In this document: piece after piece, positions 18,114-28,443 of the stretch
Layout: each line of letters starts with the position of its first letter
Numbering within the stretch: position 1 is the first letter of the stretch
Assembly: GCA_963674705.1 (NCBI GenBank)
Contig: OY771506.1
Span: 928,001 to 992,000, forward strand
Length of the DNA: 64,000 bases
Direction: 5' to 3'
Origin: Phycisphaeraceae bacterium
GTDB lineage: Bacteria > Planctomycetota > Phycisphaerae > Phycisphaerales > Phycisphaeraceae
The notes under the pieces: model-generated
Databases searched by the model: none
The model's input: the letters and a program-made list of their open reading frames with translations, nothing else
Told to the model about the DNA's origin: nothing
Program-made: the position numbers and the translations under genes

Positions 18114-19565
18114 TTATATGACGACCGATGCGCCGGGGTCGATGGTTTTGGGTAGGTTGGCGGTGGCGAGGTCTTCGGGGGCGATGGCGGTTTGCAGGCT
18201 GACTTCGATGACAGCGTCGACGTTGCCGTTGGCGTCGCGGGGGGCTTTTAGGCCTTGGGTTTCGAGCCAGCGGGCGGCGCGTTCGGTTTGTAGTTGTTTG
18301 CTTGTTGCAGGGCAGTCAACGGCGCCGGGGCTGTCGGCGTTTTTGATCGGGGCGAATTCTTCGACGCGGTCGGTTTCGTAGATGATGGATTCATCGCATA
18401 AGGGCAGTGCATCGAACACGAACGTTTCGAGCTTGACGGCGTTGGGCTCACTTGGATCGATCGGTTCGGCGGTGTCGATATCGATGCAAGGCACTTTCTT
18501 TTCGGCGCGGTGGAACGGCAAGCCGAAGCCTTCAGCCGAAGTGTTGAGGTCTTCGACGAAGGAGGTGCTGATGATGTGGATGGCGATGGAGCCGGCGCGG
18601 AAGCGCAGCTCGCCATCGTCCGTGCGTTGTTCGGCAAGTTCATCGGGCAGGTCGGAGTATTCGATGACGGTCATCTTGCCGTCGGCGAGACAGAAGTTGC
18701 CGAGCTTTTCTTTGGGGCCGGTCTTGGGCAGCATCTTGGAAGACATCTGCGCTTCGTCGAGCGCGTGCAGGCCGATGAATAGCGGATCGACGACATGGAC
18801 GGTGGGGTTGTCGACCTGCATGTAGCTGAGTTGGGTGACGCCGCGTTGTTTCATGTCGTCGATGGCGCCGCTGGTGTAGAGGGCTTTGAGCGATCCGCCG
18901 TGGCCGTTGGGCGAGAGTGCGAGTGAATCCTTGGCGGCGAGCAGGACCTTGCCGCGCTGCGCACCGGTCAAGCCGATCGCGGGCATCATGGCCTGGGGGA
19001 AGTGTTTGACGTTTTTCGGATCGAGGCCGAAGTAGTTGTTTTCCTCGAAGAATTTAACGGTGGGTTCGTGGTTGACAGGGCTGGTCATGACGTACCAGGG
19101 GATGGTGCTGCCGTATTTTTTCTGTGCTTTGATGATGTAGTCGGCGAAGACGCCGAAGAGCGGCCGGCCGGTGATGGGCGTTGCGGGGAAGGTGCCTTTG
19201 GGTGCGTCCCAACCGAGTCGTGTGCCTTGCCCGCCTGCGACGGTGAACGCGGCGACCATGCCTTCGCCGATTAGTTTTTCGCCAAGCGCTTTGGCTTCGC
19301 GGTATTTGCTGATCTGTTCATCGGTCGCTTTTTGCGGGTAGAACGGCGCGGGCTGGATGTTTTTCGGCAGGTGCAGTTCGGGGGATTGGAGCACGTGCGA
19401 TTCGATCAACCGCCCCACCTCCGGCCAGTCGATGCCTTCGATCTGCGAAAGCAACTGCTCGCGCTGCGGATCGCTCAGTTCATCGTAGAACTTCAGGACA
19501 TGGGCTTGATTCACAGCGGCAAGGGTTTTGGTGGCGGCGGCGTGTCGTTCGGTAAGCGTAGGCAT
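18114..19565 (-). CDS. UDPGP type-1 family pyrophosphorylase (UDP-GlcNAc pyrophosphorylase-like)
   Basis: VAGGQGTRLG..PKG, IPWYVMTS, SPNGHGG, QVDNP, IEYSDLP and KLETFVFDALP, EEFAPIKN; start set at ATG 19565. Confidence 0.92.
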   Translation of the reverse strand: MPTLTERHAAATKTLAAVNQAHVLKFYDELSDPQREQLLSQIEGIDWPEVGRLIESHVLQSPELHLPKNIQPAPFYPQKATDEQISKYREAKALGEKLIGEGMVAAFTVAGGQGTRLGWDAPKGTFPATPITGRPLFGVFADYIIKAQKKYGSTIPWYVMTSPVNHEPTVKFFEENNYFGLDPKNVKHFPQAMMPAIGLTGAQRGKVLLAAKDSLALSPNGHGGSLKALYTSGAIDDMKQRGVTQLSYMQVDNPTVHVVDPLFIGLHALDEAQMSSKMLPKTGPKEKLGNFCLADGKMTVIEYSDLPDELAEQRTDDGELRFRAGSIAIHIISTSFVEDLNTSAEGFGLPFHRAEKKVPCIDIDTAEPIDPSEPNAVKLETFVFDALPLCDESIIYETDRVEEFAPIKNADSPGAVDCPATSKQLQTERAARWLETQGLKAPRDANGNVDAVIEVSLQTAIAPEDLATANLPKTIDPGASVVI

Positions 19566-19775
19566 GGGGTTGTTTCGGGGTTGGGGATTTGGGTTTGGGG
19601 GTTGGTGTTCGGTGTGCTCAACAGCATAACGGGCAATGCCCGGGGGATGGTCGGTATTCCGCAAGGTTCGGTCCGCCAACTTAAGCCGGCAACAGCTAAC
19701 GGCTGTTTGGCTAACAGCTTAACGGGCGGGGTATGTTGCGGCAAAATGGCGGGGATTTGATGCGTAAATATCCGG

Positions 19776-20531
19776 TTAAATCGTGCTTGGATAGCGCAGG
19801 ATCGCGGCGGCGGTGGTGGCGGCGGTTTCGATTCGCAGGATGTAGGGGGCGATGCGCCACGGGTGGCAACCGGCCCGGGTGGCGGCATCCAGTTCCTCAT
19901 CGCTCCAGCCGCCTTCGGGGCCGATGAGGGTGAGGACTTCACTGGCGTTATTCAACTGATTCTGCAGGTCGGGGAATGTTTCGGCGGCCGGGGCGGCTAG
20001 GAATTTGAGGTCGTATTGATTGTCTTGCCAGACGTCGTTGGGGAAAGCGGGTTCTTCGATCTGCATGAGCCAGGTTCGGCCGCACTGCTTGGCGGACTCG
20101 ATGGCGGCGCGGCTGAACTTTTCGATCTTGTTTTCCTTGGGGACGGCAACGCTGTGCTCGCATTTAAGCGGGATGAAGCGGTCGACGCCGAGCTGGGAGA
20201 GCTGATCGATCATGGCATCGGCGCGCGGGCCCTTGGGGACGGCGGAGGCGACGGTCAGCGTGGGATTCGGCTTCGGCTGATGCGTGAGGTTGTCGAGCCG
20301 ACAGATGATGCGTTTGGCTTCGGTGGCATGGAGGGTGGCGGTAGCCAGGGCGCCTTGACCATCGAATAATACGAGTGGTTCGCCGACCGATAAGCGCATG
20401 ACGTGCAGGGCGTGGTGTGATTCGGGTTTGTCGAGTTTGTAGAGGGAGTCCGATACTTGCGAGGATTGGGCGTTGGCAAGCGAGGGGCAGAAGAATCGAG
20501 GTGCGTGATGTGTTGGATTTGGCTCGTTCAT
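19776..20531 (-). CDS. rsmE: 16S rRNA m3U1498 methyltransferase
   Basis: HHALHVMRL, LFDGQG, AIESAKQCGR, IGPEGGWS and ILRIETA motifs. Confidence 0.93.
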   Translation of the reverse strand: MNEPNPTHHAPRFFCPSLANAQSSQVSDSLYKLDKPESHHALHVMRLSVGEPLVLFDGQGALATATLHATEAKRIICRLDNLTHQPKPNPTLTVASAVPKGPRADAMIDQLSQLGVDRFIPLKCEHSVAVPKENKIEKFSRAAIESAKQCGRTWLMQIEEPAFPNDVWQDNQYDLKFLAAPAAETFPDLQNQLNNASEVLTLIGPEGGWSDEELDAATRAGCHPWRIAPYILRIETAATTAAAILRYPSTI

Positions 20532-20686
20532 CGGATTCTCATGCGATTAACTGTGGAGCGGGCTTGAGTCGGGTGTCGTGTGCGTCGATAAAGCCGGATG
20601 TAACGGTTAGGTAAAGCCGTATGGCCGCATGATGGCAGAAGCATGGGGCCAAGGCCAATCAGCGGGATCGCATCGGACGTCTACCA

Positions 20687-22078
20687 GTGACTGACAAACC
20701 TGAAAACAAAGACAGCGACAAGAACACTCAGGACATGGATCTTGAGGCCCAGCTTGACGCGTTGCTCAGCGACCTGGAAGAGGTGGACCCCCAGAGTGTG
20801 CCGGCCGACCTGCGAAAGAAGCCGGGTAATGCGGGAGCCAAGCCGGTTGAGCCGAGGCCGGAACCCGAACCGGTAGCTGAAGCGGAACCGGAGGCGCAGC
20901 CCGTGGCGGCTGATGCCGAACCTGTCCCGGCCCCGACGACCGAGATAGAAGAACAAGAAGAAGAACCACCGGCTCAACCCATGGCGGCGTCGGAAGACAG
21001 CAGCCAAGCCAAGAAGCCGAAGATGGGTCTGGACCTGGAGACGATCGCGTCGATGGCGTCGAATCTGCTGGACGAGCAGATCGAGTCGACGATCGAGTCG
21101 GCGTCAAATGTGATCGATCGCGTCGAAGGTGAAGCCAAGGCTGAAGCCGATGCCGCCGCAACCGAACAAGCAGCCAAGGAATCGACGGAAGCGGCGTTTG
21201 AATCCAAGACGGGCGGAGCGGTAGATAATGATGTGCTGGGCGAGCAGCTCGCGGCGCTGATGCAAGACATGCAGACGATGAACAGCGAAACCGAAGCGGA
21301 GGCCGAGCAAGCCGAAGCCGTCTCGCAAACGTCAGCGGTTGTTGAAGCAAGCGTAGAAGCCGACGATCTGACGGCATCGATGGAATCTGCATCGGAATTG
21401 GAAGACGAACCCGGCGCGGTATCGATCGAACAGATTGACGCGATGCTGGCAGAGTCCGCGGAGCAGGCGTTGGCATCGGGTGATGAAAGCGATCAACCCG
21501 TTCCGGGCACGGATGAGATTCTAGCGGCGCAGGCGGAAGCGGAAGACAGGGCGGCGGAAGAATCGGCCCAGGCGATGGCAGCGGTTGAGGCGCAGCCCGA
21601 ACCGGTTACAACCGGGCAAGTAGCCGAACCCGAGCCGGCGCCGATTCCCACCGAGGCGGTTACCGAAGCGGCCGAAGCGCCGCAGCCGGTTCCCGTGCAG
21701 AGCTTCGATGCCTCGGCAGAAGATGTGGCGCGCGAGCTTGATAATGACAGCGCGGCAGAAACCAAGGCGGCAATCCCCGCGCCTAAGCCGGTGCCGGTCG
21801 CCGCACAGGCGGTTGCATCAACGAACGTCTCGCAGCAAGCCGTAGCCGATGCGTCGGATGATAACGCCGGGCAGGAGCAGGACGGACCCGTTGAATCGGA
21901 AATGGTCATCAAAGAAAGCGGCTTAGCGAAGGCGGAGCGGATGTTGCTGCGTCTTTGCCGAAGGATCAATCATCCGCTGCAACGGTTGTCGCCCGAGATG
22001 CGTGACACGGTGGGATATGTGGGGATTCTGACGACCGCGGTGGCGCTATTCATGATTGCGTTTGGGTTGATTTTCTAA
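20687..22078 (+). CDS. Acidic, disordered, C-terminally membrane-anchored hypothetical protein
   Basis: 463 aa rich in E/A/P/D; single hydrophobic segment at the extreme C-terminus. Confidence 0.75.
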   Translation: MTDKPENKDSDKNTQDMDLEAQLDALLSDLEEVDPQSVPADLRKKPGNAGAKPVEPRPEPEPVAEAEPEAQPVAADAEPVPAPTTEIEEQEEEPPAQPMAASEDSSQAKKPKMGLDLETIASMASNLLDEQIESTIESASNVIDRVEGEAKAEADAAATEQAAKESTEAAFESKTGGAVDNDVLGEQLAALMQDMQTMNSETEAEAEQAEAVSQTSAVVEASVEADDLTASMESASELEDEPGAVSIEQIDAMLAESAEQALASGDESDQPVPGTDEILAAQAEAEDRAAEESAQAMAAVEAQPEPVTTGQVAEPEPAPIPTEAVTEAAEAPQPVPVQSFDASAEDVARELDNDSAAETKAAIPAPKPVPVAAQAVASTNVSQQAVADASDDNAGQEQDGPVESEMVIKESGLAKAERMLLRLCRRINHPLQRLSPEMRDTVGYVGILTTAVALFMIAFGLIF

Positions 22079-22256
22079 CCTTCGTAGCCGAAGCGCTGCG
22101 AGGATTCCAGATACAAATCTGCAAATGATGTTTAGCCGCGAGCAGTGGTCGCGCGTTTTGCAATTCTCAGTTCGCGTAATCAACCCGGCCCTCACCCTAG
22201 CCCCCACCCGGGGGGAGAGGGGATAAGAGTGCGAATGATGGTCGCGGCTTTGCCGT

Positions 22257-22670
22257 TTATTGATTAAGTTGTTCGAGGAAGGCGCGGAGGATGTTGGCGG
22301 CGGCGAGGGCGTCGCGGCGTGCTTTTTTCTGGCCGTGGGTCAGACCGGTCTGGGCCATCTGTTCATCGGCGGCGGCCGAGGTGAGACGCTCGTCGAACAG
22401 GTGCACGGGGAGATTGAAACGCGTTTGCAGTTCCTTGGCGAACGTTTCGGCTTTCTGTGTGCCGGGGCTTTTTGTGCCGTCCATGTTGAAGGGCGCTCCG
22501 ACGACCAGCGCGGCGGGGCCTTGATCTTCGATCGCGCGGGCGATTGTCTTGAAACGTTCTTCGGCGCTGGCGGTTTGAATGACATCAAGCGGCGAAGCGA
22601 TGCCGGTGATGTCATCGCCGACAGCCAGGCCGGTCCGTTTTTCACCAAGGTCTATCGCGAGGTAGCGCAT
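22257..22670 (-). CDS. ruvX: Holliday junction resolvase-like / pre-16S rRNA nuclease RuvX (YqgF)
   Basis: LAIDLGEKRTGLAVGD, VVGAP.NMDG, DERLTS and DALAAANIL motifs. Confidence 0.93.
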   Translation of the reverse strand: MRYLAIDLGEKRTGLAVGDDITGIASPLDVIQTASAEERFKTIARAIEDQGPAALVVGAPFNMDGTKSPGTQKAETFAKELQTRFNLPVHLFDERLTSAAADEQMAQTGLTHGQKKARRDALAAANILRAFLEQLNQ

Positions 22671-22847
22671 GGGGGGATTGTACTTGATGCTGAAGCATTA
22701 GCCGCAAATGAACGCTAATAAACGCGATTGGGGATTGGGGATTGGGCAGAGGATACAGCAATCACAAAAATTAGCGATTAACGATCAGCAATTAGAAATG
22801 GCTAATCCCATTCGCGTGTATTTGCGTTGATTTGCGGCTAAAAATTC

Positions 22848-23945
22848 TTACAGCAATTCTTCGCCGAACTTCTCGCCGACCAGTTGGTGCAACTTCTTGA
22901 TGTGTTCGGCCTGGTTGGCTTTACAGACTAACGTGGCTTTGGGCGTGTGGATCACGACCATGTCGTCGCAGCCGATGGTGGCGATAAGGTGGTTCGGATC
23001 GCTGCCGGCGACGAGGGTGTTATTGGTGTCGTAAAGCAGCGTCTTGCACCCTGCGGCGGTGTTGCCATCATTGTCCTTGTTCAAGGTCTGAGCGAACTGA
23101 GGCCAACTGCCGACGTCCAGCCAGCGTAGCGGCATGGGTACGGCCAATACACGTGCGCGGTGGTCACGGCTGGCGGGTTCCATCACGGCGTAGTCGACAC
23201 TGATCTTGTCGAGCGTCGGGTAGACGCGTTCAAGCACTTCGTTGCGCTGGTCGGAGTCCCAGGCGTCGACGACTTCGCTGATGCCGAGGTAGTTATCCGG
23301 GCAGAAGCGACGGATGCAATCCATCAGGGCGCTTGCGCGCCAGACAAACATGCCGGAGTTCCAGAGGTATTTTTCCGAGCCGTCTTTGTAATAGCTTTCG
23401 GCAGTTTGCAGGTTGGGTTTTTCTTTGAAGGTGTCAACGGTGTGCGCCTTGCCGCAGGTGGTGGCTTTGCCGAGTTGCAGGTAGCCGTAGCCGGTCGCGG
23501 CGTGAGTCGGTGTGATGCCGAAGGTCACGAGCGTGTGCGGTTGCTCTTCTGCGAGGGTGTAGCCGGTCTCGACAACGGAGCGGAACTTATCTTCCGGCTC
23601 GATGATGTGGTCGGCGGTGAAGACGGCGATGATGGCGTTTTCATCTTCCCGCCCAAGCACCGCGGCGCCGAGGCCGACGGCGTTGAGCGTGTCACGGCCA
23701 CAGGGTTCACCGATGAAGCGGTCGGGCGTGAGTCCCGGAATGCGATCAAGCATCACCTGCCGCTGGGCTTCGCCGGCGCAGATATAGATCTGATCCTCGG
23801 GGACGAGCCCTTTGAGGCGCTTCATCGCGATTTCGAGCAAGCTCTTGCCGTTGATGAAAGGGATAAGTTGCTTGGGCAACTCACGCGTGGACATCGGCCA
23901 CAGCCTGGTGCCGGAACCACCTGCAATAATAAGAGCGTAGCGCAT
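22848..23945 (-). CDS. manC: Mannose-1-phosphate guanylyltransferase
   Basis: IIAGGSGTRLWPMS...PKQ, EP.GRDT, ADH, TGYGY, FKEKP, WNSGMF, SVDYAVME and WLDVGSW motifs. Confidence 0.92.
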   Translation of the reverse strand: MRYALIIAGGSGTRLWPMSTRELPKQLIPFINGKSLLEIAMKRLKGLVPEDQIYICAGEAQRQVMLDRIPGLTPDRFIGEPCGRDTLNAVGLGAAVLGREDENAIIAVFTADHIIEPEDKFRSVVETGYTLAEEQPHTLVTFGITPTHAATGYGYLQLGKATTCGKAHTVDTFKEKPNLQTAESYYKDGSEKYLWNSGMFVWRASALMDCIRRFCPDNYLGISEVVDAWDSDQRNEVLERVYPTLDKISVDYAVMEPASRDHRARVLAVPMPLRWLDVGSWPQFAQTLNKDNDGNTAAGCKTLLYDTNNTLVAGSDPNHLIATIGCDDMVVIHTPKATLVCKANQAEHIKKLHQLVGEKFGEELL

Positions 23946-24154
23946 AGGAGGGGTCTGGGGTCTGGGGTCTAGGGTCTAGGGTATCTAAAGCATAACAAGC
24001 AGCATGACAGCCATGAATCGTTGAGAGATTATTGTGTTATTTCATTATAAGGGTAACGGCGTATCAATGGGTGGGGAAGTTCCGATGGTTTGCTCCTGAT
24101 GCGTTATGATCTCAGGCCAGACCCCAGACCCTAAACCCCAGCCCCAAGCCAGCC

Positions 24155-25390
24155 GTGCGTTCTATCAGGTTCCAATACTTCCTCGGATATGCCGTTCTCG
24201 GCAGCGCGGCGCCGTATATGTCGGTGTACCTGGGCTGGCGGGGGCTGGATGACAGCCGGATCGGCTGGGTGATGAGCATTGGCGGGGTCTCGGCGTTGCT
24301 GATCCCGACGATCATGTCGCTGCTGGCGGACCTGAAACTGGAAAATAGAGTACTGCTTCGGTGTACATTCCTGTCGGCGGCGGCGGCGCTGGGCCTGATG
24401 CTGTTGACAGGCGGGTTCTGGTGGCTGATCCCGGCGTTCCTGGTCTGGGCGCTGGCGATGGCGCCGATGATGTCGTTGGTCGACGGCTTATTGTTCAGCG
24501 TGCGGGGATTGCGTGAAGCGGAGGGCAAGCCGACGCCGCCGTATCACCGCGTCCGCGTTTTTGGGACACTCGGTTTTATCGCGCCGTCGTTCGTTCTGTA
24601 TTGGTTGATGAAAGGCGGCGACGCTTCTCTGATCCAACTCGCGCCGGCGTGCGCGCTGGTGGTGGCGTTGATCGCGGCGGCGAACACGTTTTTGCTGCCG
24701 CACACGCGCGGGTCGCTTGGGGAAACGACGACGCCGATAGAGGTTCCCGATCCGCACCCCCCTGCCAAAGACGGCGACCACATGCCGACGAAGCTGGCGC
24801 TGAAGTGCATGTTGCAGCCGGACATGGCGCTATTCTGCCTGACGATGTGGCTGGCGCACGTGGCGACGGCGGCGTACTACACGTTTTACCCGCTGTACCT
24901 GACGCGGGTGATCCAGGTGAAAGAAGAATGGATCGGCTTGATCTCGTCGGTGGGAGTGACGTTTGAAATTGCTTACGTGCTTTTGTTCGGGTGGCTTTTG
25001 CGCAAGCTGGGGGCGCGCTGGCTGTTGATGTTTGGCATCGCGGCGGTCGGGCTGCGGCTGGCGTTGCTGTGGCTTGCGCCGACGTTGTTTGTCGCGGTGG
25101 GCACGCAACTGCTGCACGGGCTGACGGTGCTGGCGCTGTTTGTCTTGCCGCCGTTGTACCTGAACCACCGCGCGGAACCCGCGTTCCGCAACTCGATACA
25201 GGGGCTGTACGCGATGGTCGTGTTCGGCAGCGGACGGATCGTGGGTAACATCTTTGCCGGGCAGGTCTCCACGATGTTTGACGGCGATATTTTGGTGGTG
25301 TTCGGCATCGCGACGGGTATCGCGGCCGGGGCGTTCGTGCTGCACGCACTGTTTTTCCGGGACCGCAGCGGGAAAACCATCGAGCCGTGA
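24155..25390 (+). CDS. MFS transporter (nucleoside/phenylpropionate permease-like)
   Basis: About 12 hydrophobic segments; YHRVRVFGTLGF, QLLHG and QGLY motifs. Confidence 0.85.
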   Translation: MRSIRFQYFLGYAVLGSAAPYMSVYLGWRGLDDSRIGWVMSIGGVSALLIPTIMSLLADLKLENRVLLRCTFLSAAAALGLMLLTGGFWWLIPAFLVWALAMAPMMSLVDGLLFSVRGLREAEGKPTPPYHRVRVFGTLGFIAPSFVLYWLMKGGDASLIQLAPACALVVALIAAANTFLLPHTRGSLGETTTPIEVPDPHPPAKDGDHMPTKLALKCMLQPDMALFCLTMWLAHVATAAYYTFYPLYLTRVIQVKEEWIGLISSVGVTFEIAYVLLFGWLLRKLGARWLLMFGIAAVGLRLALLWLAPTLFVAVGTQLLHGLTVLALFVLPPLYLNHRAEPAFRNSIQGLYAMVVFGSGRIVGNIFAGQVSTMFDGDILVVFGIATGIAAGAFVLHALFFRDRSGKTIEP

Positions 25391-25444
25391 GGCCCCAAAA
25401 CAGGCCACTTTCCGCGACACCCGCTTGAGGCTATCTTCTGCATC

Positions 25445-25978
25445 ATGACAGACGAACAACTGATCCAACGGATAAAAGATTCGGCCCTGCTGCACGGGGA
25501 CTTCACGCTGCGTTCGGGCCGAAAGAGCAAATATTACCTGGATAAGTACCTGTTCCAGACGCAGCCGGACATTCTAGAGGCACTGGCGCAGCGGTTTGCG
25601 AAGAAGATCGAGGCGCTGCCGGGCAAAGTGGACAAGCTTGCCGGGGCGGAGCTGGGTGGGATCCCGATCGTCAGCGCGACCAGCATCGCGGCGAACAAGC
25701 CGACCGTGCTGATCCGTAACCAGAAAAAGAACTACGGCACAGCCAAACAGGTCGAGGGCAAACTCGAAGCCGGCGAACACATCGTCATCCTCGAAGACAT
25801 CGCCACCACCGGCGGGCAGGTGCTGGAAGCAGCCAAGAGCCTGACCGACATGGGCGCGACGATCGTCGCAATCATCGCCGTGATCGACCGCCAGGAAGGC
25901 GCAAGGGAGAACGTCGAAGGCGCGGGGTATGTGTTTGACAGTCTGATGACGAAGGCGGACTTGGGAATATCTGAGTAA
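25445..25978 (+). CDS. pyrE: Orotate phosphoribosyltransferase
   Basis: GDFTLRSGRKSKYYLD, KNYGT and PRPP motif VILEDIATTGGQ. Confidence 0.95.
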   Translation: MTDEQLIQRIKDSALLHGDFTLRSGRKSKYYLDKYLFQTQPDILEALAQRFAKKIEALPGKVDKLAGAELGGIPIVSATSIAANKPTVLIRNQKKNYGTAKQVEGKLEAGEHIVILEDIATTGGQVLEAAKSLTDMGATIVAIIAVIDRQEGARENVEGAGYVFDSLMTKADLGISE

Positions 25979-26119
25979 TTCACGAACTTCGAATGCACGA
26001 ATGACGAAAGAATGTCAAATGCTCAAATGTTCAATGACCCGTCTACAGCGGTTTCGTCATTCGTTATTTGAGCATTGATTCGTCATTCGTGGATTCGTCA
26101 TTCGAGCATTACCCCCTCC

Positions 26120-28375
26120 CTACCCGATCATCTGCGCGCCGCCGGCGGGTTGATCGGGGTCGGGCTTGTTGCCGTGGACGATGACGGGATCGATCTGGCC
26201 TTCGATGGTGACGCGGCCGTGGTGGTCGATGACGCAGACGGGGATCTTGCCTGCTTTCCAGTCGGCGAGGGGGAGCAGCGGCCAGCGTTGTGGCTTGTGG
26301 CGGTCGGGGTCGACGGTGATGTATGCGCCGCCGGGCGCGCGGCGGTCGATGATGAGACGTGGCGCGGCGAGCAGGTGGCCGATGACGGTGATGCCCCTTG
26401 GGCTGTAGGCGATGTAGTTATTGATGTAGGCGTCGGTGTAGCCCATGGAGTTGGGGCCGGTGTTGCTCATGACCTGCATGTCCCAGTAATACTGGGAGGA
26501 CATGGGGCGCAGGCGGATGTACTGGGCGAGCGTGTCGCGCCAGAGGTTCTGGCTGACCCAGACGTTGTCGGACTCGGCCGAGGTGTGGCCGCAGCCGTAG
26601 CGTGATGCATTTTCGCGTTGCGAATTAGCGACATCGGTGCGTAGCCGGCGGCGTTCGAGCAGGTCGGGTCGGCCGACCATCATCGGCAGCAATAGTCCGT
26701 TGCCGGTGTAGATCGAGTAGGCGTCCCAGCCGGGCAGTGTTTCGTAAGGCAGCGGCCTACCGGTCCAGGCATCGGTGATGCCGACAGCCGATTTATCGAT
26801 ACAGACCGCGTAGTGATCGCTCAGCCAGGCGGCGGATTCGACTTTGGCAAGGTCACCCTCGGCAAGTGTTTCGCAGGAGCGCGCCAGGTCGTCGTGCCCG
26901 CCACGGATCGAGAGCAGATCGGCAATGGCCTTGAGCGCGGCGATGCGTTTGACGGCGAGGTAGGTTTGCTTGCGCGAGAACTGCATGGCCGGGCTCGCGT
27001 CATCGATCGTGTTGGCGACGCCCATCGAGGGGAAGCCCGAGCCGTCGCGGTCGCTCCAGACGAGATAGCGAGCGAGGCGTACGATCAGGTCGGCGTGTTT
27101 CTGGAGGATGTCGTCTTTGCCGGTCCAGTGTGTGTAAGCCTGGAGCAAAAGCAGGAAGTTGCAGTTTTCCTCGACTTCCATGTCGTGCTGGTAGTACTGG
27201 CCGGTCGCGTTGACGCCGGCGCCGAGGTCGTGACAGATGAAACTGCCGGATGAAGGGGCGTGTTTGCGTTCCTGCTCGGCCCATTGATCGAACTGCATCC
27301 CCAGCAGCTTTGGCCAGAGCGTGAGGTAGATCAGCGAGATGTTGTATTCGACGTCGAGCGTGCCGATGTAGGCACACGAGCCTTCCCACGCGCTGAACCA
27401 TTGCGGGGGGACCGGCTCATCACCGACGATGTCGCACCAGAAGGTGTTGCTTAGCCAGGCCTGGAAGCTCTGTGCAAGCAGGTGGGATTGTGCGGTGTCC
27501 ATCGGCGCCTGCTCGAGGAGTTTTTCGAATCGGCGCGACAGTGCGAGCCGGACGTCGCGTGTCTCGACGGCTTCATCGATCACTTCATCGAGGCTGTTCC
27601 ATGCGTGGTTGTAGCGGAAGACGGCGTCGCGAATTTTACCTTCGTGTTTGACTTTCAGGACGGGTTCGCGGACGTGCGCGCCCCAGACGAGGCGCCACTT
27701 GATACCGCTGCCGGCGTCGGTGACGGGCAGTTCGAGCATGAGCCCTTGCCCGCATTCGGTGGCGGTGCAGCCGGGGTTAAGGCTGACGATGCGTTCGTGT
27801 ACCTGGACCGATCGCTGCTGGGCCGGGTCGTTGTCGGTCGGCATGGCGAACTCTTCGTTGTGTGGTTTCAACGAATTGCTGTAGGCCATATTGATCGAAC
27901 AGAGTTCACCTTCTTCGATGCCGGGTTTGACGGAGATATCCGTGTCGGGCCGTTTCAGGCGGATGAAGAGCTTGACCTTTTCGGGGACTTCTTCGGATTC
28001 GTACCAGCGCACGCGGTGCACGGGATTGACGCGCATCTCCAGGTAGAAGGCGGGCATGATGCACAGCCGTTCGTCCTGGGGGTAGAAGACGGCGTGGACA
28101 TTGAACTCGAAGCGCAGGTTTTGTTTTTCGCTGTAGCCCCGATAGGTGATGGAGTTGATGCGTTCGAACTGTTCGCAGTTGGTAAGCGTTCGGCCGTCGG
28201 TCGTGAAAGGCAGCACGCGGTGGGTCCCGTCGGATTCCACCAGTCCTACTTTCAAGTCCAACGGCTTATCCAACAATCGGCCCATGGCCGAATGCATCAC
28301 ACGGTTGCGGTAGGGCTCGAACAGCAGATTGAACCGACTGCCCAACCGTGAAATCGTCCACGTCATCGACTGCAT
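26120..28375 (-). CDS. Glutaminase-A-like / six-hairpin glycosidase domain protein (DUF4965-like)
   Basis: GTLDVEY, HDLG, MEVEENCNFLLL and TIDD..QTYLAVK motifs resemble the GtaA/DUF4965 family. Confidence 0.65.
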   Translation of the reverse strand: MQSMTWTISRLGSRFNLLFEPYRNRVMHSAMGRLLDKPLDLKVGLVESDGTHRVLPFTTDGRTLTNCEQFERINSITYRGYSEKQNLRFEFNVHAVFYPQDERLCIMPAFYLEMRVNPVHRVRWYESEEVPEKVKLFIRLKRPDTDISVKPGIEEGELCSINMAYSNSLKPHNEEFAMPTDNDPAQQRSVQVHERIVSLNPGCTATECGQGLMLELPVTDAGSGIKWRLVWGAHVREPVLKVKHEGKIRDAVFRYNHAWNSLDEVIDEAVETRDVRLALSRRFEKLLEQAPMDTAQSHLLAQSFQAWLSNTFWCDIVGDEPVPPQWFSAWEGSCAYIGTLDVEYNISLIYLTLWPKLLGMQFDQWAEQERKHAPSSGSFICHDLGAGVNATGQYYQHDMEVEENCNFLLLLQAYTHWTGKDDILQKHADLIVRLARYLVWSDRDGSGFPSMGVANTIDDASPAMQFSRKQTYLAVKRIAALKAIADLLSIRGGHDDLARSCETLAEGDLAKVESAAWLSDHYAVCIDKSAVGITDAWTGRPLPYETLPGWDAYSIYTGNGLLLPMMVGRPDLLERRRLRTDVANSQRENASRYGCGHTSAESDNVWVSQNLWRDTLAQYIRLRPMSSQYYWDMQVMSNTGPNSMGYTDAYINNYIAYSPRGITVIGHLLAAPRLIIDRRAPGGAYITVDPDRHKPQRWPLLPLADWKAGKIPVCVIDHHGRVTIEGQIDPVIVHGNKPDPDQPAGGAQMIG

Positions 28376-28443
28376 GAGTGGTTTACCTCGTCCTCGTAAG
28401 AATACCTATTGTGCGACAGGACGGGCTTGAGGTAAAGCGCGGG

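Noticed and set aside
24576..25495. Long minus-strand ORFs over the MFS gene (likewise 31340-32296, 36960-37790, 49074-49955)
   Set aside because: Antisense or alternative frames typical of high-GC genes, with no motifs.
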